From the NCBI RefSeq assembly GCF_009914755.1, contig NC_060927.1: 64,000 bases of DNA; one strand, given 5' to 3'. The first letter of the stretch is position 1, and every line of letters starts with the position of its first letter. The translations under genes and the position numbers were made by a program. Below are positions 50,963-64,000 of the stretch, one piece after another. The notes under the pieces were generated by a model. It made no database searches. It was not told where the DNA came from and worked only from the letters and a program-made list of their open reading frames with translations. Source of the stretch: the human T2T-CHM13v2.0 reference genome, Homo sapiens.

Positions 50963-53188
50963 ATTAGAAATAGGATAAAGCTTTATGAAATGACTCTCAA
51001 ACAGTGATGAGGTAACCAATAATGAATATTTATCACTTCCTCCTTGCTTTGAAACATGAAAAAAATGAAAAAGAAAAATCTTTATTTATAACTCTTTGCC
51101 CATTGTGAATTTACGAAGTATGTCAGTTAGTACCTGTAGCTGAGAGAAAGAGCCCTGAATGCAGAGGCTTTGTTTGCAAACAGCTCAAATAGCAAGATTT
51201 TATGATTGAAAAATTGAAAGCACTCTCTATATAAAGCACAGCCAGAGCAAACAGCTCCAGCAGTGAGTGGCAAAGAAAGCATATTTCATCCACAGAAAAT
51301 GACTGTGATGCATTAGTCAATGCTATCATGGCAAAGGTCCCTGAGACCCTGGGAGACAATAGGGAGGGAGCAGGGGCTGGATGACGTTTGTTTCCAAACC
51401 TTTCAGGATCTGAAAAGTCATTTCTATCAAATTAGTGGCTATGGTGTGGCACATCCACTTCTAGTTTGCAAGAGATAAAGACTGATGAATTAAAACTTTA
51501 AAGCAAGGTAGAGTGAAAGACAGAAAAATATTTTTCAGCCACTGTAGTTCAAATCCATTTATAAGCACTGCCTGTCTGGACTGTTACCCCATCCATCTTC
51601 CTTTTGTGCAATTCATCAATCCTCTTTTACTCAGGGATAAGTAGTAACCTTTCATTTACACTCAACTGAGGCGTTAGTGCCAGGGACATCGGAGGTCAGC
51701 TGGTGGATTCTTTCCTGTTAATGGCCAAATGAGGGACATGGATTGAAGGAACCACAGGAAGCCAAGCTTCTCTAGCTTAAAGGATGCTTTCTTAAATCCT
51801 TAGGTAGGTAGTTTGGTGAGAAAACAAGTATGCCCTTATTTTAAAAGTGATTCACTAACTCTGGAGACCTGTTTCTGTTAAAAATCACATTAATGCACAT
51901 TTCTTCGTTTCCACAGAAAATTAAATAGAAATTTGTGGCCAAATTACTTTCTCAGCTGAGACAAAGATAACTGCATAAAAGCCACTATCATTGACCTTAA
52001 TATAAAACAGGACACGGTTAGCAACTGTGAAATTATGAAAGATTTTGTTCTCCATTAGCTTTTCTTTTCTGGCCTGCTCTGAAAGTGCATTCAGCATAGC
52101 TGGAAGCCCTACTTCTCTATCCAAGAGATAAAGAATGTTAAGCTCCTGCTGCCTTCTCGTTCATTTTCTTTTTTTTTTTTTTTTTTTGCAGACTTAGTGA
52201 AGAAAGCAAGAGGGCTATAGCTATAGCTACAGCTACATGACAGAAGAAAGTGCTTTAAAAAGATACCACTCACACGGAAAAGAAATGTGCTCTTGGAGGA
52301 AGACACTCTGTCAACCCATATAGATTGTTTAAGATTTGATTATGAACATAAAAGTTCATAATTATAGTATAATCTCTCAGTAAAAAGCCCTTCTATGTGA
52401 ATTGGAGAATGACTTAAATTTTCTACCAGGGACACTGAAGTTGAAGCATAAGATGAAGAAAGATGAGGAACTGATAAGTTAAACCATGATCTCTGCCACA
52501 AAACAGAGAAGGCTAAGGATAAGAATGAATTTGATGTGATAAAAACAAACTCACAAAAGACTTGAAGTTTCTCTCTGAAACTAATAGGAACCCTTGCCTA
52601 CTCTACTTATCTAGCTATAATTACATAAACATTTCCAAAGCAATTGTGATAAGCTGTGAAATTCACCAAAGACATTTTCCCACGATTATCAAGAGGTAAA
52701 CACTGTTTTTATTTTGTGACATCTCTTATAAACTAAATACATACATAGCTCCATAAAATGTAGAAAAGGAGGGTGAAAGATGTAAAAAGCATAATGATTG
52801 CTTTCAACAGAAGAAAAAATTATTAAAATAAAGCCCTCTTACAGGCTCAATTTAAATTCCGTAATTACTTATTGAACACGTACTATATGAAATGCACAGA
52901 ATAAGGTCAAGCATAAAAATCTTATGTATGTTCTCTGGCTTCCAAGTTGCACAAAATCTTACAGGGCAGAGGAGCCAAATAAAGAACTATCTTGCAAGGA
53001 GAAGGGTGATAATGCTACACAAGTCCTTGTATGCCTCATAGAAGTGAATTTACTCAAAGAATACCAAATCTTTGTAGACAAGTTCTAGCTTTTGAATTTG
53101 CTGAACTATGTGTTGTCCTGGTAACACAATTGAATCCACTTCTTTATTTAAATCTCCACTGAACTGAATGCATTTCAGTGAAAATCTA

Positions 53189-53189
53189 T

Positions 53190-53252
<63 letters not shown>

Positions 53253-53296
53253 CTTTCTCTTTCTTTCTTTCTCTCTCTCTCTCTCTTTTTTTTTCT
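53189..53296. repeat. (TTTC)n/(TC)n microsatellite
   Basis: Directly visible tetranucleotide array. Confidence 0.95.
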
Positions 53297-53395
53297 GTAT
53301 CTCTAGTGCCACTCAGGGCTAAAGTATGAAATAGGAGCACAATACATTATTTGTTGAGCTGAAATAAAACAGAGAGTGACAGCTCTTAAGATAAC

Positions 53396-54397
<1,002 letters not shown>

Positions 54398-54589
54398 TTT
54401 TCTATCCTGTTCTTAATACCAGATTGACACACAGCTGATGCTAAGATATGTGGTTTATAATGATTTCTTTCCGTCTCTCTAATTCTGACATAGCTTTTTA
54501 AAAATGCTTATCTAAAGGTTAATAATTTCATTGAAACCACAGCCTAGATGCTGGGGTCATTGATAAGTATTTGTGTTTGATTATTATTT

Positions 54590-55815
54590 TTAAAATTATC
54601 ATTTAGTAAAATTGACATTTTTATTGTGTGGTGTAAAGATTTATGAATTTTAACATGTTTGGGTTGGTGTAACCACCACTACAATTAGCACACAGAATAG
54701 TTCTATCAGTGCAAAAAGCTCTCTCATGGTATCCTTTGTAGCCATTTCCTCCCCTACCGATAATCTCTGACAACCAGTGATCTGTTCTCTAGAATGTCCA
54801 ATCTTTGGTAGTAATGGGAATTTTAGTTCATTTTCCAAAAAGTGTCTTATGTTGTAATAGTTGGAACTCATGCATTTAGGTAAGAAAAAACATATTATGT
54901 CTTTAAATAATGCATTTAAAAATAAACGTTAGTAACTGTATCTTTTTCAAATGTGTTTTTTCTCTATGTCGCTGGGTTTTTTGGTTTTATGGTCCATGAA
55001 AGAGAACAGAAATGAAGAAGACACATACACACGCATTTCCACTCATTATTTCCCCTGCCTTAAAATTATTAACTTGGTCCTTCCTCAAAATATTTATACT
55101 TTAATTAAAATGGCTGAAGGCAAATCTAATTTTTATAGGTGATCACTCCTCACTGATCTCCCATTATAGGTACAGTTGCTATAATTACTCCTGAATTAAA
55201 GAAACATATAACTTCACAATATAAAATGTCTCCCACAACCATGCATTCCCTTCTCCCATCTGTTGGGTAAGTTGTGAGGTTTTTCAGGACTTCCTTTCTC
55301 AAATTAACAAAAGTTGAATATTTTAATAGAAGAAAAGTGGAGGTTCAATAGGAAAATCAAAAGGTCTTTATGGTGAAAGTGTACTTCATGTATTTTGGGG
55401 TATGTCAAAAAATGAAATTATACAGTTTGTGACCTTTTGAAACTGGTTTCTTTTACTCAGCATAATGACTTTGAGATTTACTGAAATTGTTGTGTGTATT
55501 CCTAGTTCATTCTTTTTTGTTGCTGAGTAGTTTTCTTGGAATTTTATCTGGATAAGTAAAGAGTAGAATAGGGTTCCTATTAAGAGCTTCAGAGAGGAAC
55601 TTCAATGGAATACACCACAGTGTGTATACTCCCGTTTGCCCATTGCAAGATGTTTGGATTGTTCTAGTTTTGAATGTCTATTAATAGAGCTGCTTTGAGC
55701 ATTCATTCACATATTTATGCATGAACGTAAGCTTTCATTTTTCTGGGGAAAATATGCAGAAGTCGGATTGCTTGATTACTTGTTAAGTGTATGTTGAACT
55801 TTATGAGAAACTGTC
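54590..55815 (-). mobile_element. L1MC-like 3' UTR in pieces (54590-54800, 55401-55534, 55605-55815)
   Basis: agtaaaattgac...tgtaaccaccactacaatta.cacacagaatagttc; atacagtttgtgaccttttga.actgg.ttcttttactcagcataat; ttgctgagtagt; ggattgct.gatt. Confidence 0.72.
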
Positions 55816-56865
55816 TCATAGCTTTTTTGTGTTATTTTTATAAAATTGCTTCAATTTCCATTTACAGCCCCCAAACCAATTTTTTTTAAATGGTTTTTCA
55901 AAATTTTACAGTAGGTGTTAAATACACTTAGGAAAATCTCTCAACAATTTTCTAAATACATAATCATTGAAAGTACTCTATTGATAGCTTTTTAAGTTAA
56001 AATATAGCTATCTGAGAAAGTTTAAATTAAGAAAATAGAGTTCTAATACTTTATGATAAACAATTATGTAAGTGCTTATTAATTTGTTTTCATTATTGAC
56101 ACAGTGTATGGATATGTATAGAAGAATTAGGAAAACAAATACTCTATAGTAACTCACTATAACATGTTAAAGTGCCTTTTAGTGTATATTTGTAGTTTAT
56201 TTAAAGGACAATTACTTACATATAAAGTTGGAGAGAAACATATTAGCAAGCTAACATTAATCTAAAATTAGCATTTCCCCATTTTCTATCTATGCATTGC
56301 CATAGTCTTAAAAAACAAAATAGATAAGAAGGAAAATCATATAAATAAGTTCACTTTTATGAACATTTTTGTTTGACATTTAATCAGAATAGCAGTATTG
56401 ACCAGGCTCCTTTTTATTAATTTGAAGAATTTTTAAAGAACAAAAATATTGCATCCATCAGTTGTAATCCATCAGCTACTTGTCAAAAAAAATAGTTATG
56501 AGTTATTTAGTCTTCCCTCTGACAAAACTTACAGTGTGTCTGCAAAAGCCATGGCTTTTAAAGCATGATTAGTAATACTTTAATTCAACATAGGAGCAAA
56601 AATTGGATTTTTGTTTGCTCTGTGCTTTATGGCTCATGAATTTAACTTAACTAAGTAGTCAAAAAATATGTGAAAACAGCTACAGTGGGCTGTTGACCAT
56701 GTTTGCTTATATTTTTCAATAATGCTACTTTTCATTTTGGCTAAGTCAGCTTTTCATAGAACCAACATCTATCCTTAAACACCTATGTATCACGACAAAA
56801 CGGTGAAACTATCAACTGCTCTATTTATCTCAGCTCATTGAACAACACTTGCTTATCTTGCTTTT

Positions 56866-56899
56866 GTGTGTGTGTGTGTGTGTGCGTGCATGTGTGTGT
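56866..56899. repeat. (TG)n imperfect microsatellite
   Basis: Directly visible. Confidence 0.9.
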
Positions 56900-57217
56900 T
56901 AGCCTAATTCAGCAAACCCAAGAACCAGACTATTGATTCATTTAAAAAATGTAACCCATTCCCCATAAAATGTTGAGAACCATGAAAAGATCATATTGCA
57001 GGTAACACTATTAGCTTAAGGGAAGAACACACCATCTTCGCTTTTCAATTATAATTCCTAACTAAATCCCAATGTGTGCTTCTTAATGAGATGAATTGAG
57101 TGGTCTGGCCAGTTCAATCACAGACCATTGCTTGCTCAGTATAAACATCTTTTTATTTCACAAAGGCCTTGAATTGCTTATAACCTCAGTGATCCTAGCT
57201 GTTTCAAAATGTGGAGA

Positions 57218-57537
57218 GGCCAGACATGGTGGCTCAAATCTGTATAACAGAACTTCGGGAGGCAAAGGCAGAAGGATGGATTGAGGCCAAAAGTTTGAGA
57301 CCAGCCTGGGCAACATAGCAAGACCCCATCTCTACAAAAGAAAGAATAAAAATAAATATTAGCTGGGCGTGATGGCATGTGCCATAGTCCCAGTCACTCA
57401 TGAGGCTGAGGTGGGAGGATCACTTAAGCCTAGGAGTTGGAGGTTGCAGTGAGCTATGAATGCACCAGTGCACTCTAGCCTGGGGAACAAAGTGAGAACT
57501 TTTCTCTAAAACACATAATAAAAACAACAACAAAACC
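57218..57537 (+). mobile_element. AluJ-like SINE
   Basis: ccagcctgggcaacatagcaagaccccatctctac; gggaggatcacttaagcctaggag; gtgagctatga; TSD caaaatgtggag/caaaatgtgtag. Confidence 0.92.
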
Positions 57538-59599
57538 CAAAATGTGTAGCTACAACTCCAAAGTTTTGCAGTTGAGAAAGCTAAAAGAACTTCTTTACTA
57601 TGAATTGGGACATAATAATGTACCAAGATAATTTTATGCATGGATCACAAATCTTTTCATCTATACCTCTTTATCTTGAACATTGCCCCATATTGTATAC
57701 ATATTTTAATCCTAGCAACATACTTTCTTTTGCAGATTTATGAAGTAGAAAATCAGCTTCCTTTGTCTACAATATATCAAATCTCACTTCTCTGTGTTAA
57801 AATGTTGATTGTCAATGCTAATTTGCTAACTGAAGATATCTTAGGCTAGAGATCATAAGTCAGTGGCAACAGCCATCATTTAGTTGTGGATCTTTGGAAC
57901 ACTATCTATATTTAGGAAGATTGGAGGGCCACATTTGGCTTTGAGGGCAAGAATGTTGAGACAGTGGCCATTCCAAGGGGAGTTTACATTTTAATGGGAG
58001 ACTTTCAGAAAGAAGAGAATCTTTTAGAATTTACAGACATGTAATTACAAAGATTAAGTAACTTATTTCAGTTTTGGTTGTATATTTTTAATGGAGCAGT
58101 AGGTGAAATCAGGCCGACATAGTTGGGTGGAGCCAGCACAAAAGGAAACCCTATTTTCCTCCCAGAACGGCTTACTGACAAACTCTCCCTTTATCTTCCT
58201 TATTACAGCTAAATATGTTTGTAGGAGTCATTTTCCTTTTCAGAAACCTTCCCTGCTGATTGCTATCAAACAGGTGGTTGTGAATTCACTTACTATTTTC
58301 AGCTCCATCAATTCAGAAACTAGATTGTGGTCCTACAGTGTTAAGTCTGGTAAAGAACAGTCCTAGGACTAATAAGTAGATATGAATTTGGAAAATCAAA
58401 TGACTTAAACTTTGAAGTCCGTAAGGACTTTATGACCTTGATTTCTCGTAGACATGTTCATGACATGGCTGCTTTCCCCTGATGATGTGTGTAACTGTAG
58501 TGGGCAGTTTTATTTTAAAATATTACTTTAAAAAGCCATGTAATCCCTTTTATTTTTCAAATGATGAACAATTTATACTAGTATTAAAATGTCTCATGAT
58601 AAAATGCCCAGCGGTCCCTTTCAAAATCTGACATCAAAAGTATATTACTTTAATTTGACATAATTGGTTTTTATTCATCTATTTAAAGATTTCTATATAC
58701 TGTTGTTATTTTAAAAAAAATCAAAGGCAATCAAAGTATAAAATTAATGCACTGTGAATTTAATTAGAAAGCTTTTGAAAAATCAAAAACCAAATTATGT
58801 CGGCCTACTGAGTTCACCTACTAATAAATATATGATCATTTCAGTATTTTACAACCTATTCCTTATATATTTTATTTTTTTCCAGATTAAATAAATTTGA
58901 GACAGTGTATATAACATTTCTTAAATGTCTCACAATGTGTAAGAACATCAGTCATTCAGAATTTTTTTCCCTCATTTAAAAAGGGAATTGTTAAGTTTTG
59001 TACTATTCATCATTAATTGACTGAATTCTTTGAGAAAGAAAAAAATAATGATCACATTGGGTTTCTGAGCTTTTGTCTAAGCCAGAACTTCCTCAAACCC
59101 ATGACATAAAGTCCTCAGGGAGACAGCTCTAAGCAACATTTTAATTGTTCAAAAACTTGAAAGAACTATATTTCTCTCTTTTTTCTCATAATGAAAACTA
59201 TTATTTTATATATGCAGAAAAGAAAGTTCAGACAGAGGAGAAGAATGGAGAAAAACACTTTATTTTTTTAACCACTGGTTACTTATAAAGATAATTTCTT
59301 AATATTTCAAGTTTTCTATGTTCCAAATGAATCTCTCTTTTTTTCTTTCCTCTGTTATCTTTTCTCTCTCTAACATTCACCCAGTTCAGGTGGGATTTTA
59401 TGACGGGGTGGAAAGAGAAAAGAGGGACCAAACTTTTCCATAGAGTCTGAGTGTTTAAATTCTGTGAAGGAGCTATCACTGAAAATTCGACTTATTTATT
59501 GTTCTATAACATATTATTGACAAATCCAAACTGTTTTTCTAATGCTTTTATCGGTGTCCATGGCTCAAATAACAATAAAATAAAATCATTAAGAAAGAG

Positions 59600-59870
59600 T
59601 CATTCTTCTGTCAATCGACTTGTTTGTTCATCATGCAAATATTTAATAGACATTTCTAATGAACCCTGGTACAAATACCGCCATTAATTTCAGGTATTGT
59701 GATAGACACAGAGTTTTTGGAAGGGAAGAAGATAGACACAGACCTATCCCCAAATAGATTATATGTTTGGTATAGGAAGACACACGTTAAACCAAAAATT
59801 ATACTAACTAATAACGATTGTCATAAATGCAAATAAAAGAAGTACAGAGTGAATTTATATAAAGAAGACA
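59600..59870 (-). mobile_element. L2 3' fragment
   Basis: ttgttcatcatgcaaatatttaataga.catt...caggtattgtgatagacacagag...aagatagacacagacct. Confidence 0.55.
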
Positions 59871-59879
59871 AGATCAAGA

Positions 59880-61155
<1,276 letters not shown>

Positions 61156-61471
61156 ATGGATATTCAGCAAAATAAACTATTCTGGAAAGTTCATCACTGT
61201 ATATCTCAGTTCTGGCTCCAACATTTTATGGTCTTGTTAGGATTGATTTGTTTAGGAAATTGAAAATATGTTCAGAGGCCCAGGAAGAACAAAACAATGC
61301 TCACAATTTGGTTTGCAGGTCCAGGATTTTGATGCCAGGTTCCTTTTCATGACTTCAGATTCCGAAGATACTTTGTCTTCTTGATGGACAAAAGTCACTT
61401 TCACTTTGGTCATTTTTACCTGAAATGTAATTGTTCTGATGGAGTGGATGCTTCATTCATTCAGAATATCC

Positions 61472-61673
61472 AGGAGTTTGTACTCTGAAGGTTGCCCCAG
61501 TAATTTAAAGACAACGTTGTCCAATTTTTTTTACTCAAACCCAGGTACAAATGATAATTCTTTCCATTGTGTTAGGTGTTTGTACTCTGAAGGCTGCCCC
61601 AGTAATTTAAAGACTACATTGTCCAATTCCTTTACTCAAACCCTGGTAAAAATGATGATTCTTTCCATTGTGT
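61472..61673. repeat. ~101-102-bp tandem duplication, two diverged copies
   Basis: agg.gtttgtactctgaagg.tgccccagtaatttaaagac...ttctttccattgtgt x2; about 9 substitutions and 1 indel by manual count. Confidence 0.93.
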
Positions 61674-63166
61674 CTTTTGCATCCTGTGCACATATTTAAT
61701 GCCTTACATTCTCTTTTTTTTGGCAGATATTCATTTCCTGCTTTATTTTGTTGATTATAAAATTCGTTTTGGAAGAATTTTTGACACTACATGCATTTGA
61801 CACTCTAGTTAGCACTCAGTACAAGTTTACCACATAAATATATGAATGAATGGCAAGAGAGTTGCTTTTCCTGGTCTGGCAGGTGTCTTAGTAGAGTGTG
61901 CTCCCTTGGACTGGCATTTTCATATGCGCTGAAAGTATAGGTCCAAGTTTCACAGATGTCACTCATTTCCATTACTTGAAACTTATCTGACCATTTCATA
62001 AAATTATTTGTAGAAATTAGTTCTGACTTAAATATTTTCTCTTGGCAGTGAAATCATCCTGACTTCTGGATCTTTCTCAACCAAATCCTATAATTGTTGG
62101 TATCTTTATGATCAAAGACAGATGAAGTTTCCTCATATACTTTAATCATCATCCTCTTCATACATTTATTTAAATATGTAGATCATCAACTATGTAGGAG
62201 ACAGAAGGCTAGGCTTGAAAGTCACAGTCATGAATAAGGTATGGTCAATTTCTTTTATGACCTGACAACCCGATGATGAGGGAAAATTGAAAGGTACATG
62301 GAGAAAGTATAAAACACAGTAAGAGTTATTAAGTAAGGGTGAACATAGTTTATCTAGGAATGGACTTCTAAGTAACGCATTTTGTTTTATCATTCAGACT
62401 ATCTCCAATTTATAAGGAAATTATAAAGAGAGTAAATGGGGCTATTAGGAAAGCAAATACTTCTCAAAATATTGTAAAACATTTGCCATCTTTCAGATCC
62501 TGAAGGAGTAAAATTTCTGTTTTTACCTTATGCACATAATTATTCTAATTAATTCAAAGCTACATTTCATATTGCGTTTTAATATTTTTATTCCTATGGA
62601 AATTTTATCTTCATTTTTTTAAATTAAAAATGATACTTTTTATTATCTTTTCAAAAAGTCTAATGCGCTGGGAATATTGAAGCCAGTATCACGTTCCTGG
62701 GTAAATATTAGTTTAAACTGTTTTGCTGTTAAGCTACTGCTAAGTTGTGCATAGAAGTAACTAATAAATAAAGGAAGGGAGGGAGTACAAGAGGAAGGGA
62801 GGGAGTAAAAGAGTAAGGGAGGAGGAGAGAGATCTCCCACAATGAATTTCATTTTCCATAGTTGAAATAATAGTTTATTGAATCATGGCTATTTAAATGT
62901 CTAAGTGAAAAGGGAATATAATTAGTCAACTAATATCATATTGTACTGCTGTGCAAATTAGAAGCAGAAATAGCCTTCTCAACTGTATGTTCTGTTCTCC
63001 TGTGTATGTGAGACAAGTTTTCATATTAATCATTTATGTTTCGGTGTAAATTTTAAATGTATCAACATTATTTTCATTAAGTTAACATGTTCTTTATTTT
63101 CTAATCCTTTTTACCCAGGAAATTCACAGTCACATTTTAAATAGAATCTTAACACAAATTATATAA

Positions 63167-63216
63167 TCTATCTGTCTGTCATCTCTCTATCATCCATCTA
63201 TCTATCCATCTATCAA
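63167..63216. repeat. Degenerate (TCTA/TCCA/TCTG)n repeat
   Basis: Directly visible. Confidence 0.75.
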
Positions 63217-63544
63217 TCCTCCAACCATCTTATAATCTGTCATTTATTGCTGTTTATCTCCACTTCACTCTGTCTGTCTCTCTCCTGTCTGGATCCCTTT
63301 TTCTTTCCTATGGCTCTAGCTACCTCTGTCTCTAATACATAATTTGCTTATTTGCCTTATTTATAGAAAGGAGAAAGTAAATGCCTGTGTTGATTGATGA
63401 GATTGCATAGTAATTGCAAAAAAAAACACCCCAAACTATGCTAAGATGTAGAGTCTGAGAAATTGATTAGGTTTGCTGACCATCTAGTGGACCCCTTCTC
63501 AATAGCTGGACCCCTGGACAGAGAATTAGCATCAGCAAAGCTAA

Positions 63545-63752
63545 AATTTACTGAGCCTTTAGTATGTGCCAAGCATTCTGCTAGGTGTCATCTGATTTAG
63601 ACTGCACAACAGAAATACATGAGGTCATTACTGTTACTATCTATAAAGAGCAGGCACCAAGAAGGTAAGTAACTTACCTAAAGTCACAAGGGTAAGTAGA
63701 GAGGCCAAGAATCAAATCCAGGCAGTCTGATTCCAGGGGCATAGCATTTTCA
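63545..63752 (-). mobile_element. MIR SINE
   Basis: atttactgagcc.ttagtatgtgccaagca.tctgctagg...aaggtaagtaacttacctaaagtcaca...ccaagaatcaaatccaggcagtctgattccagg. Confidence 0.8.
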
Positions 63753-64000
63753 TGAATTTGGAGACTCCTTATTCTCCTAGGTAGGCAAAATCTCATGCTT
63801 GGTTGCAGTAAATATTTTTCTAATTCTACACGATATTTTATCACTTAATTCACACAGAAATAAATTTCTACAATTTAATTCACATGCATCGTTTATATAA
63901 AATGTGCAAATAAATGTGAAATAATTTTTAGCACAAACTTTTAAGGAAAACACAATTTAGAATATTCTTTCTTTGGAATTTGTAGAATTTGGCACAGCTT

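Noticed and set aside
53050-53340. Charged KER-repeat ORF (also 10414-10692, 29527-29811, 40434-40637)
   Set aside because: Translations of microsatellite or low-complexity DNA.
61472-61673. Possible CRISPR-like repeat-spacer structure (also 45801-45878 and 18833-18868)
   Set aside because: Two directly adjacent copies with no unique spacers, no cas genes, and a primate context.
61439-61699. ORF with a repeated LYSEGCPSNLKTTLSN motif
   Set aside because: Fully explained by the DNA tandem duplication; no domain resemblance.

Overview
AT-rich, CpG-depleted eukaryotic DNA from a catarrhine primate (human-like; it carries AluY and LTR2/Harlequin). It reads as intergenic or deep-intronic sequence. 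I could not support any intact protein-coding gene, RNA gene or CRISPR array, and nearly all listed ORFs are chance ORFs or decayed retroelement ORFs. The main feature is a two-LTR, ~8.2 kb minus-strand Harlequin/HERV-E-type mosaic provirus (22889-31081). It has a tRNA-Glu PBS, a PPT, gag/pol/env remnants, a second HERV-I-type env remnant fused in frame to pol, and a nested AluY. The window also holds a full-length MSTA MaLR element (36867-39223), several solo LTRs, nine near-full-length Alus plus one Alu left arm, L1/L2/MIR fragments, hAT DNA-transposon relics, microsatellites and several local tandem duplications. Family names come from recall of consensus sequences, not a database search. 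I found no convincing new biological system. The most notable observations are structural: recombination junctions inside the provirus, its missing TSD, an Alu/L1 fusion, and duplications.
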